Source of the DNA: the human T2T-CHM13v2.0 reference genome, Homo sapiens
Strand: one strand, 5' to 3'
Length of the DNA: 64,000 nucleotides
Assembly: GCF_009914755.1 (NCBI RefSeq)
Contig: NC_060930.1
The position numbers were made by a program, and so were the translations under genes. The notes below the pieces were generated by a model. The model did no database searches. It worked only from the letters and a program-made list of their open reading frames with translations, and had not been told where the DNA came from. This document shows, piece by piece, positions 15,051-29,662 of this stretch; position 1 is the first letter of the stretch; the number at the start of each line of letters is the position of its first letter.

Positions 15051-15653
15051 AAAGCATTGGAGGAGCAATGAAAAGTAATCTTTGGAAAGTTTAGCTTCGT
15101 GCATCTATAGCACAGCCAAGTGGAATTGTTTGTAGAAAATTAGATGCATGGTTTTGGAATTCAGGGGAATAAGATATGGATGAAAATAAACGTATGTGAG
15201 TTTAATTGATCATCAAATAATTAAGCAGGGGGGTCATTTGGAAAGAATATATATTAGGAAATTTAAAAATAAGCCTGATGTTAGAATCCTAAGCACCATG
15301 TATAGGATAAGCTACTAAAAGGAAAACCAAGGAAGAACATTGGAGAGGTGGAATCTAGAGGTAAAACTGACATCAGAGAAGATGGGGTGATATACTTTAA
15401 GAAACAAGGCATTGTTAGAGAGACCACTAGTGAGAAAGAGAGAAAAAAAAAGTATTTGATGGACAACAACAAGGTCAACTGTCAATGAAAAATTCATGTA
15501 GTGCTTATATTTATTAAGCTTCCCAAAATAGTAGATATAATTCCAAACTTTCCTTTCCTAATCTGTCCACTCAAAGAACAGAAATAAGTGTACCAATTAA
15601 GAATATGAGATTATCACATTAATATTAAGTACAAGAATAATAAGAAAAGAGAC

Positions 15654-15684
<31 letters not shown>

Positions 15685-15692
15685 GTGCATGT
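15654..15692. repeat. (TG)n microsatellite
   Basis: tgtgtgtg run, degenerate at right end. Confidence 0.95.
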
Positions 15693-18434
15693 GACACAAA
15701 GAGAATACTATGTTAAGGAAAGATTATTAAACAAATGTGCATGATAATTTGCTAGCTGCATGAACAAATCAATTTAGCTCTTAACCTTACACTCTGTCAA
15801 TATTAACTCTAGATGATTTGAAACATTAAAAGTTTTTAAAGGATAGAAATTAGAAAAAAGTATGTGGGTAAACATTTGACTAATTTTAAGATGAGGAGGG
15901 ACTTTCTAAGGTTAAAATCAGTGAAAGAAAAAAAGAAAACAATTTGCATGTAAATAATTTTATAATATATGCGTATCAAAAATCTTCTAACAAATATTGA
16001 AAAATTAGAAAAATGTTTCCAACAAATACTACGGACCATGTACTATTTGCACTGGCAGAATCTGTCTGATGTAAAATTTTGGAAGTGTAGAGTCTACTGA
16101 TGCCTTGTAACTTTCAGGGGACGGCTTGGACAGTAAATTGTGGTTAGTTTTAATTAATTTCAGCTTTTAGCAGTAGGAGTAGCAGCAGCAGCAATGCATC
16201 TTCTACCTCCCAGCCCCGTAGCCAGCATCCACACATGTGTTCCCGAGGCACTTACACATAATTTGTGAGAGCTAGGGTTAAAAATAAGGACCTTGTCTTC
16301 CAAATATCAGGAATCTGATTGCTGCTTCTGATAATGGAAGTGCACACACAGAGGCAGGCAGACATTGTTGTACCCCTCTCACTAGGGCTGAAGAAACTTC
16401 TAGTGGATTTAAAGGACCAATGCTTTTTTTTTTTTCTGTAATCCAAGAATCCCATACCAAGCAAAACTGTCCTTCAAAAGTGAGAGAGATATTAAGACAT
16501 ACCCAGATGAATCAAAACTCAGAGGATTTACTACTAGACCTGCCCTACAAAAATGCTAAAGGAAGTCTTGCAAGTTGAAATGACAGTACACTAGACAATA
16601 AATCTAAGCCATATGAAAAACTAAAGACCCCAATAGAGATAAACACATGGGTAATCATGAAAGTTAGTATTATTTTAACAATGATTTGTAATTTTACTCT
16701 TGACTGTTTTTCTATATGATTTAAAGGTTATTATGGGCTAATTGTTTCTAAGTATTATTATAACTTAGATTTGTAAATCCATGTTTTATTTTCTACATAA
16801 TTTAAGAAACTAATGTGTTAACAAAAACTAATTGTTAGTTTATGTTTTTCAAAACAACATATAAAGATGTAATTCTGTAACATCAATAACTGGAAGGGGT
16901 GGGAATAGGACTGTGAAGGAGCAGAGTTTTTTATGTTATTGAAGTTAAGCTGGTATAAATTAAAGTTATAACTTTAGGATATTAAATGTAATCCTGAGGT
17001 AACCACAAATAAAATAGTTATAGAATATACACAAAAGAAAATAAGAAGGGAATTAAAATGTTTCATGACAAGAAAATAACTAATTGCACAGGACAATAGT
17101 AATGCAGGAAATGAGAAATAAAAAAGCTATAATGCATGTAGCAAACTAATACCACAATGGCAGAAGTAAGTCCCTCCTTATCAGTAATTACTTTAAATGT
17201 AACTAGATTAAACTTTTCAGTCAAAAGACAGAACGTGGCAGAATGGATAAATAAGCATGATCCAACTATATGCTGTATGTAAGAATCACTTTGATCCAAA
17301 GACACAAATAAGTTGAAAGTGAAAGCATTAAAAAAGATATTTTATGCAAATAGTAACCAAAAAGGGGCAAAGCAGCTATACTAATATCACAAAAAATAAA
17401 TTCTAAGTTTAAAAAGTTATTTAAAAAAGGACATTATACAATAATAAAAGGATCAATATGGCAAGAAGCTATATCAATTATAAGCATTTATATGTCTAAT
17501 AACGGACCATCAAAATATATGAAGTAAAAACTGACAGAATTGGAGGGAGAAAGAGATAATTCTACAATAATAGCTGGAAGTTCTACCTATTGAGAGTACC
17601 AATACCTACTCTCTGTAATGGATTGAACAACCAAACTGAAGATAAGCAAGCAAAGATTGTACAACACAATAAACCAGCTAGATCTAACAGATATAACAGT
17701 ACATTGTATCCAATTCCTTGAGAAGAAATTCACATTTTTCTCAAGTACACATGGGAGATTTTCTAGGGTAAACTACAAGTCAAATCACAAATTACATCTT
17801 CCAATAGATTTAAAAAATAGATGTTATACAAAGTGTTTTCTGCAATTACAATGGAATGAAGTTAGAGATGAATAATAGAAAACTGAAAAATTCACAAACG
17901 TGGAAATTAAACAACACAACTTTAATAACAAATGGATCAAAGAAGCAAGGACAATGGAAATGAGAAACTACTTGGAGATAAATGAAAACAAAAACACATC
18001 ATATCAAAACTTATGAGATGCAGCAAAAGCAGTACTAAAAGGGAAACTTACAGGTGTAAACACATTTTAAAAAAAATATATTTCAAATCAACAACCTAAC
18101 TTTACAACTTAAATACTGGAAAAAGAAATACAAACTAAACTCAAGCTACCAGAGCGATGGAAACAATAAAGGTTGCAGCAGAAACAAATGAAATACAGAA
18201 AAGAAAAACAATAGAGAAAATAATAAAAATACAAACTAAAACGCTAGAAAAACATATTAGAGAATCAATAGAGAAAATCAATGGAACCAATGCAATTGGT
18301 TCTTCAAAAAGAGAAATTTGGCAAAACTTTGGCTGGATTAAGAAAAAAAGAGAAAACTCGAATTAGTAAAATCATAAATGAAAGTGGAGATATTACTACC
18401 GATTTTACAGAAATAAAAAGATTTGTATTAGAGT

Positions 18435-18854
18435 TGTATTAGTTCATTCTCGCATTGCTATAAAGAAATAGCGGAGACTGGGTAATTTATTTTAAAAAGA
18501 GGTTTAAATAGCTCATGGTTCTGCAGGCTGTGCAGAAAGCATGGAGGCAACTGCTTCCGGGGAGGCTTCAGAAAACTTACAGTCTTGGTGGAAAGTGAAG
18601 GGGGTGCCAGCACTTTACATGGCCAGAGCAGGAGGAAGAGGTGGGGGGAGGTGTAACACCCTTATAAATGACCAAATCTCATGAGATAGTGTGCTGTTCA
18701 CACTATCATGAGAACAGCACAAAGAGGATGGTGCTAAACCATTCATGAAGGACCACTCTCATGATCCAAACACCTCCCACCATGCCTCACCTCCAACACT
18801 GAGGATTACAATTTGACATGAGATTTCATGAGGTCACAGAACCAAACCATAACA
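18435..18854 (-). mobile_element. MaLR solo LTR (MSTA/MSTB)
   Basis: tgtattagttcattctcgcattgctataaagaaata...ccaaaccataaca; perfect 5-bp TSD AGAGT. Confidence 0.92.
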
Positions 18855-19479
18855 AGAGTACAATGAATAATTGTATGCCAACAAACTGAGTAACCTAGAT
18901 GAAATGGACAAATGCTTAGAAATACAAAACCAAGTCTGAAATACAAATAAATAGAAAATCTAAAGAGATCTATAAAAAGTAAGGATATTGAATTAGTGAT
19001 CAAAAGCCTCCCAACAAAGAAAAGCTCTGTATCTTATGGCTTCATTGGTTAATTCTACCCAAAATGTAAAGAGCTAGCATCACCTCTTCCCAAACTTCTT
19101 AAAAAAACCAAAGAGGAGAAAACACTTCCCAACTCTTTCTATGATATCAGCCTTGCCCTGATACAAAAGCAAGACAAAGAAATGACAAGAAAAGAAAACT
19201 ACAGACCAATAACCCTTTTGAATATTAATGCAAAAATCCTTAACAACACACTAGCAAACAAAATTCAGCAGCATGTTATAAAGATTATACACCATGAGCA
19301 AGTAGAATTTATTCGGGAATGCAACGATGGTTCTACATACAAAATTCAATCAATGTAACAAACCACATTGACAGAATTCAGAAAAAAAAATCACATGATC
19401 ATCTCAATTGATGTGGAAAAAGCATTTGAAAAATTCAAACTTTTATAATAAAAGCATTCAAAAAATGAGGAGTAAAAGG

Positions 19480-19850
19480 TGCTGTGACCTGAATTGTGTT
19501 CCCCCAAAATTCATATGTTGAACCCTAATCCCCAATATGATGGCATTTGGAGACAGGGCCTTTGGGAGATAATTAGGTTTAGATGATATCATGAAGATGA
19601 GGCCTTCACGATTAGATTAGTGACTTTATAAGAAGAGGCACCAAAGAGCTTGCCTTTTCTCTCTACTATGTGAGAACACAGTAAAATGGCAATACCTGCA
19701 AGCTAAGAAGAGAGTCCTCACCAGAACCTGACCATACCGGCACTCTGATATCATACTTCTAGTCTCCAGAACTGTGAGAAAATAAATTTCTGTTTGTTAA
19801 GCCACATAGTTTATGACATTTTGTTAAGGCAGGCAGAGCAACCTAATACA
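19480..19850 (+). mobile_element. MaLR solo LTR (MLT1A/A0)
   Basis: tgaattgtgttcccccaaaattcatatgttgaa...ctccagaactgtgagaaaataaatttctg...ctaataca. Confidence 0.9.
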
Positions 19851-20376
19851 GAGAGAAACTATATCAACATAATAAAAGTCATATATGAAAAACCCACTGC
19901 AGGCATCATACTCAATGGTGAAAGACTGAAAGCTTTTTCTCTAAGATCAGAAACAAAACAAGGATGCCTACTTTCATCCCTTTTCTTCAACATAGTACTG
20001 AAAGTCCCAGCCAGAACAATTAGTCAAGAAAAAGAAATGAAAGCCATTCCCACTGGAAAGAAGAAGTAAAATGATCTCTGTTCATAGGTGATATAATCTA
20101 ATATGTAGAAAACTGTAAATGTTCTACAAAGCAGGTCACAGCAAACAGTGTGACCTCAATTTTGTGATACTTAAAGAGGTGGTTTGGAACTGAAAACACT
20201 TAGAAGGACATACACCAAAATATTAATATTTATTCTCCATGTTTTTCCAGGTTTGATAAATTCTCTACAATGATCAAGTATTGCTTTTATAATTAGAAAT
20301 TATGTACAAAAGTGTAAAAAGCCTCTACAAGTTAAAGAAAGAGTGAATTAGTAATAAAAATACTAACCAACATACA

Positions 20377-20783
20377 TGTATTTGGCCATTCTTGCATTGC
20401 TATTAAAAAATGCCTGAGACTGGATAATTTCTAAAGAAAATAAATTTAATTGGTTCACTGTTCTACAGGCTGTACAGGAAGCATACCAGCATCTTCTCAG
20501 CTTCTGGGGAGGCCTCATGAAACTTCCAATCGTGGCAGAAGGCAAAGTGGGAGCAGGTGTCTCACATGGAAGAGCAGGAGCAAGAGAGAGAGTGATGGGG
20601 GAGGTGCCACACACACTTTTAAATGACCCAGTCTCACAAGAACTTACTCTCACAAAGACAGGACCAAGTCATTGAAGGATCCGCCCCCATGACCCAAACA
20701 CCTCCCACGAGGCCCCACCTCCAGCACCAGGGATTACAATTCAACATGAGTTTTGTGTGGGATCAAATATCCAAACTATATCA
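20377..20783 (-). mobile_element. MaLR solo LTR (MSTB-like)
   Basis: tgtatttggccattcttgcattgctat...ccaaactatatca; TSD ataca/atata. Confidence 0.9.
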
Positions 20784-21208
20784 ATATATAAAAGAGAAAT
20801 ACCAATGGCTAATAAGCATATGAAAAAAATCTAACCTCACTGGTAGTTAAATAAATGTAAATTAAAACCATTACAAATTATTAAAGCGAGAGAAATAAAA
20901 TGCTCATTGCCAGCAGGGTTTCCTCATCTCCTGCTCCAGTGGGAATTAATTGTTACAGGCTTCTGGACAATTGTTCCTGTGACTCCAATTCAAGCTACTT
21001 TAACAAGAAGAAGGATTTGGGGGAGTCTACTTCAATCCAAGGGAAAGTTAAAGAATCTGGCCACAAAGAACAAGGATATAGTAGGGCTTCAGGCATTACT
21101 GAAATTGGGAACTTAACAGCAATCAGGACATTACCAGTGTTACCATAAGTAAAGTATCTCTCCCTTCATTGCACACTGACTTGCTCTGCATGTTGAAATG
21201 GGGCCTTT

Positions 21209-21317
21209 GCTGGGTACAGTGGCTTATAGCTTATAGCTTATAGCTCTTTGGGAGACCAAGGTGGAAGGATTGCTTGAGGCCAGGAGTTCAAGTTCATCAC
21301 TATATTACAAAAAAAAA
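21209..21317 (+). mobile_element. FLAM / Alu left-monomer remnant
   Basis: gctgggtacagtggct...ctttgggagaccaaggtggaaggattgcttgaggccaggagttcaag, short A tail. Confidence 0.8.
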
Positions 21318-22400
21318 GAAGTGGGTCCTCTGATAGCTTTAGTGCTTTACATTTTCTAGCTTCAGCTACCGGTAAGATTCTGACCTGCCTGTTTCTTAGC
21401 CCCTGGTACATAAAGGCTGGGAAGAGCCTCCAGACCTATATTGGGTGATTTATTGGCCCTAGAAAATAAAATGCGGCTGCAGGAGCAAAGTTAAATAAAC
21501 ACATGGAAGGTTCTGTGGAAATTACATAGAAAAGGGAGAACCAGCATTGCCAGAATAAACAGGGTGGTGCTGCATAGTCCAGGCAGTAGGTGTCCACCAC
21601 ATAAAATAAGACCCTTTACATTTGGAACCTTGGACACAAGTCTTATACTCCATCTTAAAGAGAGATAAACAGGAACACTGATACATTGATGCACAGATAT
21701 TTATTATAAGAGGAATCAGTCAGTTTGTATACATACACACACATATTATAGCACAGCCACCTTTCAAGAGGGGCCTAAACTTCAGCATTTTTCACTCTTC
21801 CCACCCTCAATGGAGAAGGGTGTGACAAAGAGTGAGCAAAGCCTGCCCATGAATATTCTCTGGCTTCTCCCCTTCACATGCGGGCCCACACAACTAGATA
21901 AGCAAGGCTGCAAAGTTGTGTACCTTCAGCAATTTAAATGTCTCTGGGGATAATTGAACATTTGTTTTTCTCCAAAGGCAATCTCTTAGAAAACAGTAGA
22001 ATGATGGAGTAACACCATGCCTGGAGGCTGTGGTAACCAAAATTCATCATTTTTACGTATTCCTTAAAGAATATGCTGAGAAAACCATAGTCAAAATAGG
22101 GCCATTAAAAAGATTTCTATGTCAAAATCCTATAAACTAACAAAAAATAATAGCCTAGGAAAGTATTTCTGAGAAACATTACTGACTAAAAGTTCTGTAA
22201 CACAAATAGATAGGTATGTATAAATTTATAAATACAAATATTTAGGTATAAATCCATTGATCACATGCAGCCATAATAAATTAAAAGATATAAAGGAGGT
22301 TACAGCATGTACGCCTGGAGAGGCAGAGAGAGAGATATAGAGCTGTAAGTAGAGCTGGAGAAAGGCACTTAAAACTTAAAACAAAAAACAAAAAACTTAT

Positions 22401-22741
<341 letters not shown>

Positions 22742-22834
22742 TTAGATTTCTGTGTACCAAATGGTTGGTACTGAAATTTTGTTTCAATACATTACAACGA
22801 CTACACACAGAAAGACTCTATTCTTAATCCCCTT

Positions 22835-23040
22835 CAATGTGCCAGATACTGCTCTAAAGGCTTTACCTATATGAGCTCATTTAATCATCACTATTAGTCT
22901 GTAGGGTAGGCCATGTTTTTATTTCATTTGCAGAAAGGCTTAGTAACTTCCTCAAGATCCTTAGCTGGTACCTGGCAGAGCCAGAACTAGAATCCACAAA
23001 GTCTGGTTCCAGCATCTGGGCCTTAGCCACTCTACTGTGT
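22835..23040 (-). mobile_element. MIR SINE
   Basis: tgtgccagatactgctctaaaggctttac...ctcatttaatcatcac...ggcagagccagaactagaatcc. Confidence 0.7.
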
Positions 23041-23313
23041 TGACTCCCTTATGATAATTTCATAACACAGCCTACTATTTTGTGTTAGTAAAATTATAAA
23101 TCCACTTTGTCATTGTATAACATGGGAATACATTTTAAAACAACTATTGAACACTTTTTATTTTGTGTTTTCTGTGAAAAGCAAAGCAGTGGTACTTTAC
23201 CACAGGGAAAGTGTGTGCTTAAAGCCCACCCACTCTGAGAGTATTATTCACCAGGGATTATATTATTTATAAATATAATTTCCATATCATATCCATAAAG
23301 AATGTAAAAAAGA

Positions 23314-23655
<342 letters not shown>

Positions 23656-23736
23656 TCACTTCTCTAACCTTCTAAATCTTGCTTCATGTGAAGATAAACC
23701 ATTGTATTTCAGGGTTGCTTCAAAACATATCTTTGA

Positions 23737-24105
<369 letters not shown>

Positions 24106-24752
24106 TCATGACCATTTTAACATGGCATGGGTTAAAATAAAAGTATTTCTCTAATCTATACAGCATAATTAGCAGAAGGTTAAAATCTTGAGATCTGAAA
24201 TTTTTGTGGGAAAGGTCTCACTTGTTACAATATATAATTACTTTTAATTAGCCTTAATGACTATATTACTCACTTATTTTTAGATACAATGAAATAGATA
24301 CTGCAAAATAAATTTTATTTGTATAAATATATAAAATAAATAAGTTATTTAACAACCAGTAAATCCAAGTATTTTCTAAGGAGAAAAATGAATAATTTTT
24401 TTAAGTTGATTATATATACATTTTAATAAAGTAATTTAGGAGAAATCTTTGCCTATCCTTCTAAGAAAAGTTTTGTAAGAAAACTGAGTTGGCATGCATT
24501 GTTGAAACAATGTTGAGGAAATAGTTGAAAGAGCTAAAAAGGCAATCCAGAAAAAGACAAAAATCCCCAAAATAGATTCTGCTGAAAGAATGAGATAGTC
24601 AACAATCTGATGAAATGAGATAGTCAACAATCTGGTGAATGACCAAAAATCATTGGTTATTCAAGTGTGTAATTCTAGCACCTAGGAGAGCACCTGCCAA
24701 TGTGCTAGGGAGGTTTGTTCATGTCTTCAATCAATATTTATTATTTGCATGC

Positions 24753-25131
24753 TGTATTAGTCTGTTTTCACGCTGCTGTGAAGAACTACATGAAACTGGG
24801 TAGTTTATGAAGAAAAGAGGTTTAATGGGTTCACAGTTCTACAGGCTTAACAGGAAGCATGACTGGAAGTCCTCAGGAAACTTACAATCATGGCCAAAGG
24901 CAAAGGGGAATCATTCACCTTCTTCGCGTGGTGGCAGGAGAGAGCGAGAGCCATAGAAAGTGCCACACCCTTTCAAAACCATCAGATCTTGTGAGAATTC
25001 ATTCACTCTCAGAACAGCAAGGGGGGAGTCTGTCCCATTATTCAGTCACCTCACACCAGGCCCTTCCTGCAACACAAGGCGATTACAATTTGACATGAGA
25101 TTTGGGTGAGGACTCAGAACCAAACCATATC
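24753..25131 (-). mobile_element. MaLR solo LTR (THE1D/MSTA-like)
   Basis: tgtattagtctgttttcacgctgctg...tgagatttgggtg...caaaccatatc; TSD catgc/tatgc. Confidence 0.9.
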
Positions 25132-25544
25132 TATGCTTAATGGGGGGCTAAGAAAACATAGAGGGTATAGGCTGGGAGAAGGAGAAGGTGCTGAGGTGAT
25201 TCAAGTAAGGGCCTTGGTTAAGAGAGGGAGGAAAATGATTCTGTTCTCTAGTCTTGGTTGAAAACCACTGTGAGCCTCTGTTCCTGGGCTATGTGGTTTA
25301 AATGATCATTGTATAATTAAATTCAAGTGCATATATTGACTTATCTTTCCTATTTGAGATATTGAAATCAGATAACTGTTTATATAATATTCACATATAT
25401 TAAAAATAATTAAGCATATTATATGGTAGGTTCTTTATGACATTGTTCCCTAAATATTCTATACCTAGCCTACTTTGTGAAATTTCTCCACCAAAATGTA
25501 ATCCCTTATTTTCCCTCATATTTTAGTCACTGGGGCATTCTTTC

Positions 25545-27400
25545 TTACTTATATCTCCAGGTGGCCTAGGCTTCCTCACACTATGGTGGCTTTGTTGTAA
25601 AAGTAAGCATTTCAAGGAGATGCTTTTATGACATGACCATGGAAGTCAAATAGTGTCAGTTCAACCATAGTTCCCACCCATATTTAAGGGGAAGTAATAG
25701 AGTCTCAACCTCCCCAGTCTTGATGGGAAGAATATCAGTGTTGCTGTGTAAGAAATTCACGTGTGATTAATACAATACAGTAAATAACTAAATATAAATA
25801 TAGAGCAATTTTAGGAAAATACAATCTGCCACAGTTTACCTTCTGGCCACAATTTACATCCCTTCCATGTGGGAAATGTACTCATTTCTTCTCTCAAGAC
25901 CCATAAGTATTATCACATTATAATCAGCTCAAAATCCAGGATCTTGTTAATTAATCAGGTTGAAGTGTGGATAAGGCTCAGGTATAGTTCCTTAGGTTCA
26001 GCTCAATGAGTATAGTTTCAATCAATTAAAGATTTTTAAAATAAAGAAAAACAAATATTCAACACACAGTGGTGAAATAGGGGTAGGACAACCACTTTGC
26101 ACGCACCCATTTAAAAAGGGTGAAAGTATGTATGTTTATTGCAGCCCAATTCACAATTGCAAAGATGTGTAACCAACCTAAGGGCCCATCGACCAATGAG
26201 TGGATAAAGAAGTGGTATATATACACCATGGAATGTTACTACGCCAGAAAAAGGAATGAAATAATGTCTTTTTGCAGCAACTTAGATGGAGCTGAAGGCC
26301 ATTATTCCAGGTGAAGTAACTCAGGAATGGAGAACCAAATACCATATGTTCTCACTTAGTGAGAGCTAAGCTATGAATACACAAAGACACACAGAGTGGT
26401 ATAATGGACACTGGAGCCTCAGAAAGGGGAGGTGGAGGGTGTGGGATAAAAACTGCCTATTGAGTACAACATACATTACTTGGGTGATGAGTGCGCTAAA
26501 ATCTCAGAATTCACCACTATATAATTCATCCATGTAACCGAAAACCACTTTACACCAAAAGCTATTGAAATGAAATTTTTCTTTTTTAAAGAGGAAAAGT
26601 GTGAGGTCCACAAGAGTCAACTGGGCTCACAAGAATCAGTAGTCCTTACCAATTCTGAAATCTAGGAGCACATAATGTTAGTTCCCTGATCAGGGCTTAT
26701 CCTATTACTGCCTGGGAGTTGTCCACTGTGGTTCCCTGGCCCTACCATAAAGGCTTTTGGGTTCATCTCTGGATTATCTTTTCATTTTCATAAAATTCAG
26801 CCCATATTTGCAGTAGAATAGGTTTTTATGCCTGCATCTTACTCATAAAAGTTAGGAAGCCCAAAGACCTCTTTTTTTTTTTTTTTGTCTTTTCCCTCCC
26901 TGTTCCTTTCAGTTCAAACTTGTATTATTCTTTTAAAAACTTTCAGAGGTTTTGTGTGCCAGTTTGTAATCCACCCACAAATATCTTTGAAAGAAACTGT
27001 TATTTCCTGGGAGCTTTGTGAGCCTGAAGAAGGAACACGCCTTTAAGATTCTCAGAAGTCCTACCGTTTAACAGAGAGGTTGTGCTAAACATTCTCTTAA
27101 GATCCTTACAGGGTCTCTTGTCTGTTTGAAGGGATCTGTGAGATGCCATCTCAAATCCTTCTGGGGTCTTAATAAGGGCTTCATCTTTAGACCAAGTTTT
27201 CCTTTCAATGCCTTGAATTTTATCTTAACTAGAGCCATTTTTTTTAACTTTAGAAGCATTTGCTATCTGAAGAGGCTGAGAAAAAAAGTTTGATTCATTT
27301 ACTTATTTTTAAATTCACAAGTCTTGGTATCTTTACATTAAATGGTTTGCTCCCTATTTTATTTTTCCTATAGGATTTTATTACAAGCAGCAAAAAATCA
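25545..27400 (-). mobile_element. Old MaLR (MLT1H-like) LTR plus internal sequence, interrupted by L1PB
   Basis: ggcttcctcacactatggtggc...aatacaatctgccaca followed by MLT1-int-like ttctggccac...cagctcaaaatccaggatc. Confidence 0.55.
26129..26578 (+). mobile_element. 5'-truncated L1PB 3' end
   Basis: CMFIAAQFTIAK..NQPKGPSTNEWIKK ORF2 C-terminus; gtgaagtaactcaggaatgg...ttcaccactatataattcatccatgtaacc. Confidence 0.9.
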
Positions 27401-29550
27401 GATGACATTTTTAACATTCCTTCTGTTACTATGATATCTTCATGTATTTGCACAGACTCTCTTGTTTGGTTGGATTTGAAAACATTATTCTTTTTATTTT
27501 TCTGGTTTATTAATCTTTTTGAAAGCACAAATTTTAGGTATTATTGAGCAAGTCTAATTTGCTTTTATTTTCTAATTTATAAATGAATATAATTTGTTAA
27601 TGAATATTTCACTTTTAATTTTTCTTTAAGTATATTTAATTCTTCTTCTAGTTTGTTAAATTCTTTTCCTTTGAGCATTTAGAGTTATAAAATGTCAGTT
27701 GAGAACCATTTGGCCACATGTATTATTATTTATTTTTATTTTTTCTTTATTATTGTTTTTTAATTTTTTTCTTTATTTTTAAATAGTTTGTAATTAGTAC
27801 TTTTAATTTTTAGATTACTAGAGACAGGTTTGAAACTTACTAGTTTTATTATTTTTTATGGCATTGTTGCCAGAGAATGTGATTTATATAAAATTGTTTA
27901 TTTTTTTCTCCTTCGAGAATCTTTCTTTTCTTTTCTCTTCAGTCTAATACTTTCAAAGACCATTCCACATGTCTTTGAGAAACTTGTATTTGTTATCATA
28001 TATACTTATGCATGTAATATATATTATGTCAAGAGTCTTAATTGTGCTATATAATCTTTCTTTCTCTTTAAGTTTAGTCTACTTAGTCTGCTTTTACTGG
28101 ATATTTTTTAACCCAATCTAAGATCATGTCTTTTTTCAAAAAGAGAACTTGTTTCTCCAGGCTTGTCCTCTCATTCCCTCCCTGTGACATCAAACATTAT
28201 ATTAATTTTTCCTTAAAATTCAGATCATAGTTTTTAAAATTATAAATCAATGTTTACTTTAACTTAATACAATCTACTGGCTCTTTTGCTCACCACTGTT
28301 TCTTATATCCCACAACTTTTTCTCTTAAATTTGTATTTTCTTTTGCTAGATTATAACCTTGACTACTTCTCTAACCTTCTACTCTAACTACTCACCCAAC
28401 CCTAAATCCCTGTCTATTTCTTAGAGTAGTAGTTTAACTTTTTCTTTGTCTCATATCAGTCAAGACAAAAAAAATCAGTAATGATCTACTATTATTTATG
28501 CCTATCCCCTTGAGTTTGTTTCTAAATAAAGAGCTTTTTCTACTTGAGAAGAGTTCAGTGAACAACTCTACTGTCATTTATTTTTCTTGTTCCATTTTAA
28601 AAATAATTGTTAAACTATAGAAGATATTGTATATTTCTCTTTCTTTGAATAATTTAAAATACACAGAAAAGTGGGAGCCACAAAGAAGACACCATAAATT
28701 AATAGATTTGTTGATGAATTGCATTGAATTAAATTCTAGTCAATATCTTGTTTAAAAGCATGAAAATTTGAGAATTCAGCCAGTAGTACTGTACTGAAAT
28801 TTTATTTGGACTTTTTTTTTTTACATGAAAGCTCTACACTGAAGATGAATATTACTAGAAATAAAAGTGAAATTGTCCTAACCGAAGCAGGGGATCCACA
28901 ATATGACTGCCTACTCTGTCACCCCCCTAACCCAGTAACTCTCCTCTACAAGGCTCTTTGGAGAATTCCCATGAACCCCCAGAGGTTTATCAGGACACTT
29001 AGACACGGGCATAATATACCCTAACGATTCCTTGTAAGTCAATATTTTTGTCAGCCAATGCTTTAATGGCTTTTATCTTTGGACTTTTATGAAGGAAAAA
29101 TATAAATAACTACATCTCTAGATTCTAAAATCAAAAGTCATATGGTAGCCTAAAAAGACAGATTTCTGTTCAAAATAGGTGAATATGAAAGTAACAAATA
29201 AAATCAAAACAATTCTTTGCTCATCCAGCATGCGAAACTTCTCAAGTGTCAAATAAATAACCAGCTACATCCCAAAGAGAAAAGTCACGTTGGGTTATAG
29301 TTTAGCATAACTATGGTGTGCTACCTAATAATCTTTGCTCAGTGACCCCTTAGCTAAGAATGCCTGTATTCTAATTTTATTTGGGTATTTATTTTCTTCA
29401 GAAACTGACTTACATATGATCTGAATAGATGTCTCTGCATCAGAAACACATCTGCACCTGATGTTGATACACATCACTTCACACTAAATTTTCATGAAGG
29501 AACTCCACATTTACTCAAAATGCAAGCTGAATAAAAAACTATTCGGGACT

Positions 29551-29662
29551 GGCATGAACCCTGGAGGCGGAGCTTGCAGTGAGCCAAGATCGCACCACTG
29601 CACTCCAGCCTGGGTGACAGAGCAAGACTCCATCTCAAAAAAAAACAAAAAAACAAAAAAAC
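29551..29662 (+). mobile_element. 5'-truncated AluY (right-arm 3' end only)
   Basis: ggcatgaaccctggaggcggagcttgcagtg...ctcaaaa; 16-bp TSD aaaactattc(g/a)ggact at 29535-29550 and 29663-29678. Confidence 0.93.

Larger units (their letters stand above)
16040..20130 (+). mobile_element. Old L1M element (5' region, ORF1 end, ORF2 endonuclease to RT remnants), interrupted by MST and MLT1A LTRs
   Basis: Degenerate ORF2 peptides TINQLDLTDI..FTFFSSTHGRFSR (17657-17875) and YEKPTAGIILNGERLKAFSLRSETKQGC (19794-20069); many stops. Confidence 0.9.

Noticed and set aside
17314-17325. IRF-like GAAAGTGAAAG
   Set aside because: Ordinary L1 ORF2-derived sequence shared by many copies
17657-20069. Endonuclease- and RT-like peptides
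   Set aside because: Fragmented L1 ORF2 with many stops and two LTR insertions; not an active or domesticated gene on present evidence
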